From an uncultured Actinomycetota bacterium (GTDB lineage: Bacteria > Actinomycetota > Actinomycetes > Propionibacteriales > Nocardioidaceae): 64,000 bases of DNA. The notes under the pieces are model-generated. The model saw only the letters and a program-made list of their open reading frames with translations, was not told the DNA's origin and ran no database searches. The stretch covers positions 51,519-115,518 of the forward strand of contig CAWJGX010000011.1 of the NCBI GenBank assembly GCA_963842565.1, read 5' to 3'. Each line of letters starts with the position of its first letter. The first letter of the stretch is position 1. Positions 42,563 through 52,022 of the stretch are shown piece after piece. The translations under genes and the position numbers were made by a program.

Positions 42563-43423
42563 TCAGGTCGGCGGGACCGCCTCGGCCCGTTGCGCCTGCC
42601 ACCGGCGCTGCTTGGCCACGAACCTGATCGAGGACCGCTGCACGAACCCGGGCGCGTACCTGCCGAGCCGCCACGCGATCCGCGCCGTGCGTGGCGTCAC
42701 CAGCATGGCCTCGTCGCGGCGTACGGCCTCGAGCACCTGCTGGGCGAACACGTCGGGGTCGAGCGGGTGCCGGACGCCCTGCCCCTTGAGGTAGTAGTCG
42801 CGCCCGTGGAAGCGGCCGACGTGACCCTTCTCGAGGATGGGTGTCTCGACCGCCGACGGGCACACGACGGTCACGCCGACGCCCTTGGCCGCGGCCTCCG
42901 AGCGCAGCGCCAGGGACAGGCCGACGACGGCGTGCTTGGTCATCACGTAGCTGGTGATCAGCCCGGCCGCCATCAGGCCGCCCATCGAGGCGGTGTTGAC
43001 GATGCGGCCGTGTCCCTGCCGGATCATCAGCGGGTACGCCGCGGCGACCCCGTGCACGACCCCACGGATGTTCACGTCGATGATCGCGTTCCACTGGTCG
43101 AGCGTCAGGTCCTCGGTCTCCCCGCCGAAGGTGATGCCGGCGTTGTTGAAGAGCAGGTCGAGCCGACCCTCCCGTTCCACCACCGCGTCGACCGTCGCCT
43201 GCACCCAGGCAGCGTCCGTGACGTCGAGGCGCACCGGCCAGGCCTCGCCCGGTCCGACCACCGAGGACACGGTCCGGGTGGCCGCGCCCAGGTCCACGTC
43301 CGCGCAGGCCACGTGGACGCCCTCCGCGACGAGCGCACGCACCAACGAGGCCCCGATCCCGGAACCGCCACCGGTGACGACCGCTGTCGACCCGGCCAGG
43401 GCCAGGCGCTCCCCGCGAGCCAC
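42563..43423 (-). CDS. Short-chain dehydrogenase/reductase
   Basis: TGGGSGIG, FNNAG, NTAS, YVMTK. Confidence 0.92.
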   Translation of the reverse strand: MARGERLALAGSTAVVTGGGSGIGASLVRALVAEGVHVACADVDLGAATRTVSSVVGPGEAWPVRLDVTDAAWVQATVDAVVEREGRLDLLFNNAGITFGGETEDLTLDQWNAIIDVNIRGVVHGVAAAYPLMIRQGHGRIVNTASMGGLMAAGLITSYVMTKHAVVGLSLALRSEAAAKGVGVTVVCPSAVETPILEKGHVGRFHGRDYYLKGQGVRHPLDPDVFAQQVLEAVRRDEAMLVTPRTARIAWRLGRYAPGFVQRSSIRFVAKQRRWQAQRAEAVPPT

Positions 43424-43424
43424 C

Positions 43425-44279
43425 TCAGCCGCGCTGCAGGAGGTCGGCGAGGCTGAGCGGCCGGCGGCCGGTCAGGGTGAGCACGTGGTCGGTGACGTTC
43501 GCGACCTCGCCGGCGGCGATGGCCGTGTAGGTGCTCACCCAGGCGTCGTACATCCAGTCGGGGGCATCCCACTTCTTGCGGGACTCGTAGGCCTCCTCGA
43601 TGGTCTCGTCGTGGTAGCGCACCTCCGTGCCGCGGTGCTCGGAGATGACCTGGGCGGCCTCACCCAGCGTCAGTGCCTCGGGGCCGGTCAGGTCATAGCT
43701 CATCGAGACATGGGCACCTGGTGTGGCCAGCACCTCGGCAGCGCAAGCGGCGACGTCCCGCTGGCTGACCGCCGAGAGCCGGCCCTGCCCGGCCGGGCCG
43801 CGGATCACGTCGTCCTCGCCGACCATCTGCGGCAGGAAGTCGAGGTAGAAGTTGTCGCGGAGGAACGTCCAGTCCATTCCCGAGGCGCGGATGTGCTGCT
43901 CGGTCGCGTAGTGGTCGCGGCCGAGGGTGAAGGTGCAGTCGGGAGCCGCCGCGCAGAACGAGGTGTAGACGATGTGGCGTACGCCGGCCTCGGCCGCCGC
44001 GTCGACGAAGGCCTTGTGCTCGTCGAGCCGGTCCGCGCTCTCGGCCGCCGAGACCATGAGCAGCGTGGTCGCCCCGCGGAGGGCGGCGAGGCTGGAGTCA
44101 CGATCGCGGTAGCCGGTGAACGGCACCGCGACGGCGTCGTCCAGCGACGGCACCTTCGCGACCGTGCGCGCCAGCAGCCGCTGGGGCACCCGGGAGGCCG
44201 CGAGGATGCGGGCGACCTGGCCACCGACGGCGCCCGTCGAACCGGTGACGGCGAGGGACGGAAGCTCGTCATTGCTCAC
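43425..44279 (-). CDS. NmrA-like NAD(P)H-binding SDR
   Basis: VTGSTGAVG, IVYTSF, HYATE, LRDNFY, YDLTGPE; GAGGAG RBS. Confidence 0.9.
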   Translation of the reverse strand: MSNDELPSLAVTGSTGAVGGQVARILAASRVPQRLLARTVAKVPSLDDAVAVPFTGYRDRDSSLAALRGATTLLMVSAAESADRLDEHKAFVDAAAEAGVRHIVYTSFCAAAPDCTFTLGRDHYATEQHIRASGMDWTFLRDNFYLDFLPQMVGEDDVIRGPAGQGRLSAVSQRDVAACAAEVLATPGAHVSMSYDLTGPEALTLGEAAQVISEHRGTEVRYHDETIEEAYESRKKWDAPDWMYDAWVSTYTAIAAGEVANVTDHVLTLTGRRPLSLADLLQRG

Positions 44280-44299
44280 CTCCTCATCGTAGTGACCGC

Positions 44300-44346
44300 G
44301 TCGAGTGCTCAGCTGGTCGTCAGGACGGCCGCCTGAGCACTCGACC
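44300..44346. repeat. REP-like palindromic repeat, copy 3 (inverted orientation)
   Basis: Perfect 13-bp stem gtcgagtgctcag...ctgagcactcgac; its reverse complement aligns without gaps to copies 1 and 2. Confidence 0.8.
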
Positions 44347-44347
44347 G

Positions 44348-44374
44348 GGTATCTCGCGGGAGAGGCATCGCCTC
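44348..44374 (+). promoter_or_regulatory. Putative ECF promoter GGTATC-N16-GCCTC
   Basis: About 50 nt upstream of the 44424 ATG; matches 5882-5908 and 61470-61496. Confidence 0.45.
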
Positions 44375-44423
44375 TAGGTGAGCAGCGGGACCACCCGGCC
44401 CCGCACGATCCAAGGGGACGACC

Positions 44424-44672
44424 ATGAGCGAGATCAGCAAGCAGTCCGTAGCCGCGTTGCAAGCCCTCGAGAAGGTCGGGGCGATCAACCTCGACGTACT
44501 CGTCGGCCGGGCCGAGGAGGTCCGGGGCGCGCTCACCGACGTCGGCATCGACCTCGAGCCGGGGAACATCTGCTACAAGTTCACGGTGCACATCGGCCCG
44601 CACTTCGGCGACATCGTCGACGTCGCGGCCGAGGTCAGGGAGCTCGGCTTCGAGATGCAGCGCGTGCGCTGA
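44424..44672 (+). CDS. Small Cys-containing protein (82 aa), candidate precursor or partner
   Basis: AAGGGG RBS; ...LEKVGAINLDVLV...DLEPGNICYKFTVHIGP...; TGATG overlap with the next gene. Confidence 0.85.
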   Translation: MSEISKQSVAALQALEKVGAINLDVLVGRAEEVRGALTDVGIDLEPGNICYKFTVHIGPHFGDIVDVAAEVRELGFEMQRVR

Positions 44673-45910
44673 TGACCCAGACCGTGGCACGGAGGAGCGA
44701 GCGACCCGATCGGTCGATCTCGTCCTCCGCCCACGCGCTCGACCTGGTGCGGTCGGCACTGGGCGTCGCAGAGCTCCTGGTCGAGCACGTGGTCGAACCC
44801 ACGTCGACCGGGCCTGACGCCCGCGACCTCACCAAGGAGGTCGGCGAGGTGGCGATGCTGCTTCGCCTGGCCCAGCGGGTCCTGGAGGACGAGGGGGACC
44901 GGGCCCGCATCGCGACGGTCGCAGGACGCATCACGGAGCTCGCGCGGTCGGGGGACGCGCGAAACCTGATGGTCCTGCGGCCGTCGCGTGCTGCACCGCA
45001 CGTGCTCGCGCACGGCTGCCTCCAGCAGATCGGCTGCGAGGACGGGCGCTTCGACGAGATCGCGCGGGCGGCGCTCGGGGCCAGCGCCGCGGGCGCGAAC
45101 GAACGCGTGCCCTACCGGCTCCTCGACGTGGCCTGGATCCGGCACCTGCTGTTCGGCGACGGCGAGCTCCACCACCTGGCGACCTCGTTGTCGCCGATCG
45201 GCCAGGGGGTCGACCTCGTGGCCACGACCATCGACGACGCCTACGCGTTCAGTCACGCGCTGCCCTACGCCACCGACTTCGGCCGGGTGCCGATCCCGGC
45301 CTGGGCCGATCCCGCGTGGCTGTCCGGCACTGCGGACGCCCTGGTGCTCAAGGCCCTCGACGAGGACGACCTCGACCTGCTGGGAGAGCTGTTGATGACA
45401 CCGGCGCTGGTCCGTGCGCCGTGGACGTCGGTCCAGTGGTTCGGGTGGCGGGTGCTGTGCGACACCTGGAGCGAGCACGGCTTCGTGCCGGGACCGGGTC
45501 TGCCGCCGCCCGTCGAGGGGGAGTCCGCCGCGGAGCGGGTCCGCCGCGTGCTGGGCACCGTCTACCACACCACCCTGGTCGGCGGGCTGGCCGCGGCCAC
45601 GCTCGTCGCCTGCGGGTGGCTGCCTCCCGAGACGCCGCCCGGCGCCGCGTCGTACGACGTCCAGCCGGTGGATCCCGCCGACCGGAGCCGTGCCTGGCGA
45701 CGGGTCTGGACCTCGCTCGAACCCGCACACCGGGACGTGCTCGGCGCCGTCCCTGCCGGGTTGGCGCTGCATCGGGCGGTGAACGACGTCGACGTGGTCG
45801 CCATCCTCGCTGCGCTGCGGCAGCCCGGTGTGGAGTCCCTCCCGGAGCCGCTCGTCTCCCAGGCAGCGGAGCTGGTCGGTCGGATGGCGCTGCTCGTCGG
45901 GAGGGCCTGA
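44672..45910 (+). CDS. DUF6895-like all-helical (alpha/alpha toroid) protein
   Basis: ERVPYRLLD, AYAFSHALPYATDFG, DLDLLGELL, YHTTLV; family assignment from recall. Confidence 0.7.
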   Translation: MTQTVARRSERPDRSISSSAHALDLVRSALGVAELLVEHVVEPTSTGPDARDLTKEVGEVAMLLRLAQRVLEDEGDRARIATVAGRITELARSGDARNLMVLRPSRAAPHVLAHGCLQQIGCEDGRFDEIARAALGASAAGANERVPYRLLDVAWIRHLLFGDGELHHLATSLSPIGQGVDLVATTIDDAYAFSHALPYATDFGRVPIPAWADPAWLSGTADALVLKALDEDDLDLLGELLMTPALVRAPWTSVQWFGWRVLCDTWSEHGFVPGPGLPPPVEGESAAERVRRVLGTVYHTTLVGGLAAATLVACGWLPPETPPGAASYDVQPVDPADRSRAWRRVWTSLEPAHRDVLGAVPAGLALHRAVNDVDVVAILAALRQPGVESLPEPLVSQAAELVGRMALLVGRA

Positions 45911-45971
45911 CCGCACCTGGTCGGGCGACCCCGCTGGCCCGCAGGGCCACGCTCGGTGAAAGATGAGGGGC

Positions 45972-46652
45972 ATGACCCTTCCTGACTCACTGAGCGCCAC
46001 CACGGTCGCCGTCCTCGGCGGCACCGGACCACAGGGCCGCGGGCTCGCGCGTCGGTTCGCAGCCGCCGGGCTGCCGGTGGTGATCGGCAGTCGCAGCGCC
46101 GAGCGCGCCACCGAGACCGCACAGACGCTGGCCGAGGCCACCGGGGGAAACGTCACCGGTGCGGACAACGCCGGAGCCTCGGCGGCCGGTGACGTCGTGA
46201 TCGTGGCGGTGCCCTGGGACGGTCACGGTGACCTGCTCAAGGGCCTGGCCACCGCACTCGCCGACAAGATCGTCGTCGACTGCGTGAACCCGCTGGGCTT
46301 CGACAAGTTGGGGGCGTTCGTCCTGGACGTCGAGGAGGGATCGGCGGCCGAGCAGGCGGCCGCACTGCTGCCCGACTCGATCGTGATCGGCGCCTTCCAC
46401 AACGTCTCGGCCGTCAAGCTCGAGGATCCCGAGGTGACCGAGGTCGACACCGACGTGCTGGTGCTGGGGGAGGGCGAGAACCGCGAGGCGTGCGACCTGG
46501 TCCAGGACCTCGCGGGAGTGATCCCCGGCGTCCGAGGTGTGTACGGCGGGCGGTTGCGCAACGCCCATCAGGTCGAGTCCCTGACCGCCAACCTGATCAG
46601 CGTGAACCGCCGTTACAAGGCCCACGCCGGCATCCGGATCACGGACATCTGA
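45972..46652 (+). CDS. npdG: NADPH-dependent F420 reductase
   Basis: VLGGTGPQGRGLA, IGSR, AVPW, VDCVNPL, GAFHNVSA, LISVNRRYKAHAGI. Confidence 0.93.
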   Translation: MTLPDSLSATTVAVLGGTGPQGRGLARRFAAAGLPVVIGSRSAERATETAQTLAEATGGNVTGADNAGASAAGDVVIVAVPWDGHGDLLKGLATALADKIVVDCVNPLGFDKLGAFVLDVEEGSAAEQAAALLPDSIVIGAFHNVSAVKLEDPEVTEVDTDVLVLGEGENREACDLVQDLAGVIPGVRGVYGGRLRNAHQVESLTANLISVNRRYKAHAGIRITDI

Positions 46653-46672
46653 TGGCGACCCTCGGATCGGGC

Positions 46673-47897
46673 ATGTACCCCGCGTTCCCCACACCCTCCG
46701 ACAAGGCCGTCGAGCTGCACGAGAAGCTCGTCGAGTTCATGCGCTCGGAGGTGTTCCCCGCGGAGGCGACGTACGACGCGTACCGCGAGCAGGTCGGCCC
46801 GGAGGACCACACCGTCCCGCCCGTCATCGAGGAGCTCAAGGCGAAGGCACGCGAGCGTGGGCTGTGGAACCTGTTCCTGCCCTCCGAGTCCGGCCTCACC
46901 CAGCTCGAGTACGCCCCGCTGGCCGAGCTCAGCGGCTGGAGCAACGAGCTCGCCCCGGAAGCGATGAACTGCCAGGCGCCCGACACGGGCAACATGGAGC
47001 TGCTCCACCTGATCGGCACCGACGCGCAGCAGGAGCAGTGGCTGCGGCCGCTCCTCGACGGCAAGATCCGGTCGGCCTTCTGCATGACCGAGCCCGGTGT
47101 CGCCAGCTCCGACGCGACCAACATCGGGACGCGGATCGAGAAGGACGGCGACGAGTACGTCATCAACGGCACCAAGTGGTGGTCCAGCGGCGCGGCCGAC
47201 CCGCGCTGCCAGCTGCTGATCGTGATGGGGAAGACCGATCCCGAGGCCGCGACCCACCGGCAGCAGTCGATGATCATCGTCGCCGCCGACACGCCGGGGG
47301 TGGAGATCCAGCGCTCCTACCCGGTCTTCGGCAGGCAGGACCAGCACGGCCACTGCGTCGTGGAGTTCACCGACGTGCGCGTGCCCGCGGAGAACATCCT
47401 CGGCGAGGAGGGCGGTGGCTTCGCGGCCGCGCAGGCCCGCCTCGGCCCCGGTCGGATCCACCACGTGATGCGCGCTCTCGGTGCCGGCGAGCGCGCCCTG
47501 GCGATGATGGTCTCGCGCACGCAGGAACGGGTCGCCTTCGGCAAGCCGCTGGCCGAGCAGTCCTCGGTGCGCGAGCGGATCGCCGAGTCCCGCATCGAGC
47601 TCGAGCAGGCACGCGCGCTGTGCCACCGCGCGGCGTACGTCGTCGACAGCGAGGGCAACAAGGGGGCGCGGCACCTGATCGCGGCGGCCAAGGTGGCCGT
47701 TCCGCGGGCGGTCAACTCGGTGATCGACCGGGCGATCCAGGTGCACGGCGCTGCCGGGATCTCCGACGCCACACCGCTGGCGATGATGTACGGCTGGCAC
47801 CGCGCGATGCGGATCTTCGACGGACCCGACGAGGTGCACCTGACCTCGCTCGCGCGCGCCGAGCTGGGCGCCGAAGCCGTTGTTCGACCTGCCCTGA
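46673..47897 (+). CDS. Acyl-CoA dehydrogenase; probable indel near 47872 hides its stop
   Basis: NCQAPDTGNME, FCMTEPGVASSDATN, RLGPGRIHH, RIFDGPDEVH; the alternate frame ends KPLFDLP* at 47897. Confidence 0.9.
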
Positions 47898-47932
47898 CCG
47901 CACGCCCGACCCACCCGCCACGGAGGATGCCC

Positions 47933-48697
47933 ATGACCGACGAGGTGCTCACCGAGACCCGTGACGGCGTGCTCGTCATCACGATCAACCGACCGGAGGC
48001 GAAGAACGCGGTCAACGCGGCCGTCGCCACCGGTGTCGCTGCCGCGCTCGACGAGCTCGACGGGTCGGACGACCTCCGGGTCGGCGTGCTCACCGGGGCC
48101 GGCGGCACCTTCTGTGCCGGGATGGACCTCAAGGCCTTCCTCACGGGCGAGTCGCCGATCGTCGAGGGACGCGGGCTCGCAGGCGTGACCCAGCAGCCGC
48201 CCCGCAAGCCACTCGTCGCGGCGGTGGAGGGCTGGGCGCTGGCCGGAGGCTTCGAGATCATGCTCGCCTGCGACCTGGTGGTGGCCGCGGAGACGGCCAG
48301 GTTCGGCGTACCCGAGGTGAAGCGCGGCCTGATCGCCGGAGCGGGCGCGGCGCTGCGGCTGCCCGAACGGGTGCCGATGCCGATCGCGCTCGAGCTGCTG
48401 CTCACCGGCGACCCGATCGACGCCGCCCGTGCGGCGGCCCTCGGCCTGGTCAACCGGGTCACGCCGGAGGGTGGCGCCCTCGACGGTGCGCTCGCGCTGG
48501 CCGGCACGATCGCCGCGAACGGGCCGCTCGCGGTCGAGACCACCCGCCGGATCGCACGCTCCTCGCGCGACTGGTCCGAGGAGGAGGGCTGGGCCCACCA
48601 GGACGAGCTGATGGCGCCGGTGTTCATGTCCGAGGACGCCCAGGAAGGCGCGAAGGCGTTCGCCGAGAAGCGCCCGCCGGTCTGGAAGGGGCGCTAG
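47933..48697 (+). CDS. Crotonase/enoyl-CoA hydratase
   Basis: Own GGAGG RBS; INRPEAKNA, FCAGMDL, ALAGGFE, FGVPEV, FAEKRPPVWKGR. Confidence 0.93.
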   Translation: MTDEVLTETRDGVLVITINRPEAKNAVNAAVATGVAAALDELDGSDDLRVGVLTGAGGTFCAGMDLKAFLTGESPIVEGRGLAGVTQQPPRKPLVAAVEGWALAGGFEIMLACDLVVAAETARFGVPEVKRGLIAGAGAALRLPERVPMPIALELLLTGDPIDAARAAALGLVNRVTPEGGALDGALALAGTIAANGPLAVETTRRIARSSRDWSEEEGWAHQDELMAPVFMSEDAQEGAKAFAEKRPPVWKGR

Positions 48698-49302
48698 CTC
48701 CACGCGTTGCGGGCAGGCCGCGGGGTGCGCAGCCAGAACGCCGCGAAGGCACCACCGATGAAGCCGAACAGGTGCGCCTGCCAGGACACGAACGGCACCC
48801 CGGGGAGTACGCCGGAGATGGTGCCGCCGTAGATGACCAGCATCATGATGCTGACCGTGATGGCCCCCGCACTCCGCTCCGCCACGCCGCGGAACAGCAG
48901 GAACCCGAGCAGCCCGAAGATCACGCCACTCGCACCGATCACGACGGTGTTCGACGCCCCGAAGGCCCACGCGCCCAGGCCGCTGCTGACCACGGTGATC
49001 GCGATCAGGGCGATGAACCGACCGAGCGTCACGGAGACGTAGGCGATCACGCCCAGCACCGCGAACACGAACGAGTTGGAGATCAGGTGCTGGAAGCCGG
49101 CGTGCAGCAACGGCGCCATCGGGATCCCCTCGAGGCCCGAGACGGTGCGGGGCCGGATGCCGTAGGCGTCGAGCCGACCGTTCATCGAGGCGTCGACCAG
49201 CTCGAGCACCCAGAGGACGGCGAGCATCACGGCCACCGTCAGCAGCGCACCGGGGAGCCGGGCGGTCCAGCTCTCCGGGCGACGGTCCAGCTCGTAGGAC
49301 AT
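48694..49302 (-). CDS. Rhomboid intramembrane serine protease
   Basis: LLHAGFQHLISN, IGASG, SWQAHLFG. Confidence 0.93.
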   Translation of the reverse strand: MSYELDRRPESWTARLPGALLTVAVMLAVLWVLELVDASMNGRLDAYGIRPRTVSGLEGIPMAPLLHAGFQHLISNSFVFAVLGVIAYVSVTLGRFIALIAITVVSSGLGAWAFGASNTVVIGASGVIFGLLGFLLFRGVAERSAGAITVSIMMLVIYGGTISGVLPGVPFVSWQAHLFGFIGGAFAAFWLRTPRPARNAWS

Positions 49303-49338
49303 GGCCCCATCGTGCCAAGCGACTGGTTGCTCCCTGCC

Positions 49339-49515
49339 TCAGCCGCCGGTCTGGCCGTGGTTGGCGACGATGACCGCGATCGGTGGGATCACCGCCGCGA
49401 CGGCGCTCATCGCGACGGCGGCCGCTGTGGAGTAGAAGCGGACGACGCTCCACGCGAGCACGAACAGCGTCAGGCAGGTGCCCATCAGGATCAGGTAGGC
49501 GCGCTTGCGGCTCAT
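49339..49515 (-). CDS. DUF3099 small membrane protein
   Basis: RKRAYLILMGTC...IPPIAVIVAN; GGAGG RBS. Confidence 0.85.
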   Translation of the reverse strand: MSRKRAYLILMGTCLTLFVLAWSVVRFYSTAAAVAMSAVAAVIPPIAVIVANHGQTGG

Positions 49516-49562
49516 CGCGAGACACCTCCGTTCGACGTACACCACCAGTCTAGGTTTGCGGG

Positions 49563-50516
49563 GTGACCACCGACGAGCGCACGCACCACTGGCACGAGTG
49601 GGATCTCGAGACGTTGCTCGAACGGAAGAGGACGACCGGCCTGAGCACCACCCTGGTGGTCCCCGCGCGCAACGAGGCCGACACGGTCGGTGAGGTCGTG
49701 GGCCGCGTGCGTGAGGCGCTGATGGAGACCGCGGCACTGCTCGACGAGATCGTGGTGATCGACTCCGACTCGACCGACGCGACCCACGAGGTCGCCACCG
49801 CCGCGGGTGCCACCGTGCACCGCTCGCGCGAGATCCGCCCCGAGCTCGGCACCCACCCCGGCAAGGGCGAGGCCATGTGGAAGTCCTTGTTCGTGACCCG
49901 GGGCGACCTGATCGTGTTCATGGACGCCGACCTCGTCGACTGGGACACCCACTTCGTGCGCGGTCTGCTGGGGCCGCTGCTCGCCGACGACGGCGTGGCC
50001 CTGGTCAAGGGGCTCTACGAACGACCCTCCTTCGACGACGGGGCCGGCGGCGAGCTGGAGGGCGGCCGGGTCACCGAGCTCGTCGCGCGCCCGCTGATCG
50101 CGCTCGAGTGGCCGGAGCTGAGCTGGCTGGTGCAGCCGCTGGCCGGCGAGTGGGCGGTCCGCCGCGACCTGTTCGAGCGGCTCTCGGTCCCCACCGGGTA
50201 CGCCGTCGAGATGGCCGCGCTGATCGACACCGTCCGGCTGCTCGGTCCCGACGCGATCGCCCAGGTGGACCTCGGTCGCCGGGCCCACCGGCCGCAGGCC
50301 CTGCGCGACCTCGGCGCCATGGCGGCGCAGATCCTCGCGACTTCCCGCAGGCGCTCCACCGGCTCGGCCCCCGACCACCTCGCCCTCGACCAGCACCGCA
50401 AGTCCGGGGACCGGGTGGAGACGCTGCGCCGGGAGATCCCGATCCTCGAGCGGCCGCCGGCCGCCGACCAGCAGTCGCCGGAGGCTCCGCTGGGTGAGGC
50501 AGGATCGCGGGCATGA
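49563..50516 (+). CDS. gpgS: Glucosyl-3-phosphoglycerate synthase
   Basis: VPARNE, DSDSTD, GKGEAMW, FMDAD, GGRVTELVARP, QPLAGE. Confidence 0.92.
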   Translation: MTTDERTHHWHEWDLETLLERKRTTGLSTTLVVPARNEADTVGEVVGRVREALMETAALLDEIVVIDSDSTDATHEVATAAGATVHRSREIRPELGTHPGKGEAMWKSLFVTRGDLIVFMDADLVDWDTHFVRGLLGPLLADDGVALVKGLYERPSFDDGAGGELEGGRVTELVARPLIALEWPELSWLVQPLAGEWAVRRDLFERLSVPTGYAVEMAALIDTVRLLGPDAIAQVDLGRRAHRPQALRDLGAMAAQILATSRRRSTGSAPDHLALDQHRKSGDRVETLRREIPILERPPAADQQSPEAPLGEAGSRA

Positions 50517-51376
50517 CGCTCCGCCTCGGCCGGCACAGCTTCCCCGACGACCGGCGACTGATGATGGCGATCGTCAACCGCACCCCCGACTCCTTCTACG
50601 ACAAGGGCGCGACCTGGTCGGAGGACAAGGCCTTCGAACGCGTCGCCGAGGTGGTCGAGCAGGGAGCCGAGATCGTCGACATCGGCGGCATCAAGGCCGC
50701 GCCGGGCGTCGAGATCGGGCCGGAGGAGGAGATGAGCCGCACGGTCGGCTTCGTCGAGCGGGTGCGGGCCGCACATCCGGGCGTGGTGATCAGTGTCGAC
50801 ACCTGGCGCGCGTCCGTGGGCCGGGCCGTGTGCGAGGCAGGCGCCGACGTGCTCAACGACGCGTGGGGAGGCGCCGACCCGGGTCTGGTCGACGTCGCAG
50901 CGGAGCACGACGTCGGCATCATCTGCACGCACACCGGGGGAGTCACCCCGAGGACCCGCCCGCACCGGATCGAGTACGCCGACGTGGTGGCCAGCGCCAT
51001 CGCCGACACCACGGCGTACGCCGAGCGCGCGCTGGCCGCGGGCGTCGCCCGGGAGAGCATCGTGATCGACCCCGCGCACGACTTCGGCAAGACCACGAGG
51101 GACTCGCTCGACCTGACCCGTCGTCTCGACGAGATGGTCGCGACCGGCTGGCCGGTGCTCGTCTCGCTGTCCAACAAGGACTTCGTCGGTGAGTCCCTCG
51201 ACCTGCCGGTCGGGGAGCGGCTGACGGGCACGTTGGCGGCGAGCGCGATCGCCACGCTCCACGGTGCCCGCATCTTCCGCGTGCACGAGGTGGTCGAGAC
51301 CCGCCAGGTCGTCGACATGGTCGACGTGATCTACGAACGCCGGCCGCCGGCCCGCGCGATCAGGGGCCTTGCGTGA
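50513..51376 (+). CDS. folP: Dihydropteroate synthase-like, FolP2 type
   Basis: NRTPDSFYD, DIGG, ISVDT, DPAHDFGK, SNKDF, FRVH. Confidence 0.9.
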   Translation: MTLRLGRHSFPDDRRLMMAIVNRTPDSFYDKGATWSEDKAFERVAEVVEQGAEIVDIGGIKAAPGVEIGPEEEMSRTVGFVERVRAAHPGVVISVDTWRASVGRAVCEAGADVLNDAWGGADPGLVDVAAEHDVGIICTHTGGVTPRTRPHRIEYADVVASAIADTTAYAERALAAGVARESIVIDPAHDFGKTTRDSLDLTRRLDEMVATGWPVLVSLSNKDFVGESLDLPVGERLTGTLAASAIATLHGARIFRVHEVVETRQVVDMVDVIYERRPPARAIRGLA

Positions 51377-51389
51377 CCAGGGGCCGGGC

Positions 51390-52013
51390 GTGATCGAGAC
51401 CGCCCTGGTGCTGCCGAGCCCGCGTGCCCTGCTGCCGTCGTTGTCGGCGGACGACCCCGTGCCCGAGCTGCGGACTGCCTGCGCGGCAGCGATCGGCAGG
51501 CTGCTCAGCGAACAACCTTCCCGGATCGTCGTGGTGGCAGCACCCGTGAGCGCCCCCAACCGTGCTCGCGGTGTCATCGAGCCGCTCGGCCACCGAGTCG
51601 CCCGGCACCTGTTGGGGACGCGGAGCTTCGAGGCCGAGGTCGCCCTGCCCTACACCGCGGCGGCCCTGCTCGAGGCAGCCGAGCCCACGACGCTGGTGGT
51701 GATGGCCGACGGCTCGGCCAGCCGGGGCGAGAAGGCGCCGGGTCACCTCCACCCGGACGCGGTGGCCTTCGACGACCGGATCGAGGCGGCGCTCCGGTCG
51801 GGCGACGTCGACGCCCTGGCAGCCATCGACGCGGAGCAGGCGACCGAGCTCTGGTGCGAGGGCGCTCCGGGCTTCCACGTCCTCGCCGAGGTGGCCCGCG
51901 GTCGCCGGGTCGAGGCCGAGATCAGCTATGCGGACGCGCCGTACGGCGTCGCCTGGTGGGTCGCGCGGTGGGACCTGGGGCCCGGCGACGGTCCGCAGAG
52001 CCTGGGCTCCTAG
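51390..52013 (+). CDS. Hypothetical protein, class III extradiol dioxygenase subunit B-like
   Basis: VMADGSASRGEKAPG, FDDRIEAAL, APYGVAWWVARW. Confidence 0.7.
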   Translation: MIETALVLPSPRALLPSLSADDPVPELRTACAAAIGRLLSEQPSRIVVVAAPVSAPNRARGVIEPLGHRVARHLLGTRSFEAEVALPYTAAALLEAAEPTTLVVMADGSASRGEKAPGHLHPDAVAFDDRIEAALRSGDVDALAAIDAEQATELWCEGAPGFHVLAEVARGRRVEAEISYADAPYGVAWWVARWDLGPGDGPQSLGS

Positions 52014-52022
52014 CCTGTCGTG

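Noticed and set aside
46490-48697. ACAD-crotonase fusion ORF
   Set aside because: The crotonase has its own GGAGG RBS and ATG, and a one-base shift gives a normal ACAD end (KPLFDLP*). Most likely an indel artefact, though not formally excluded.
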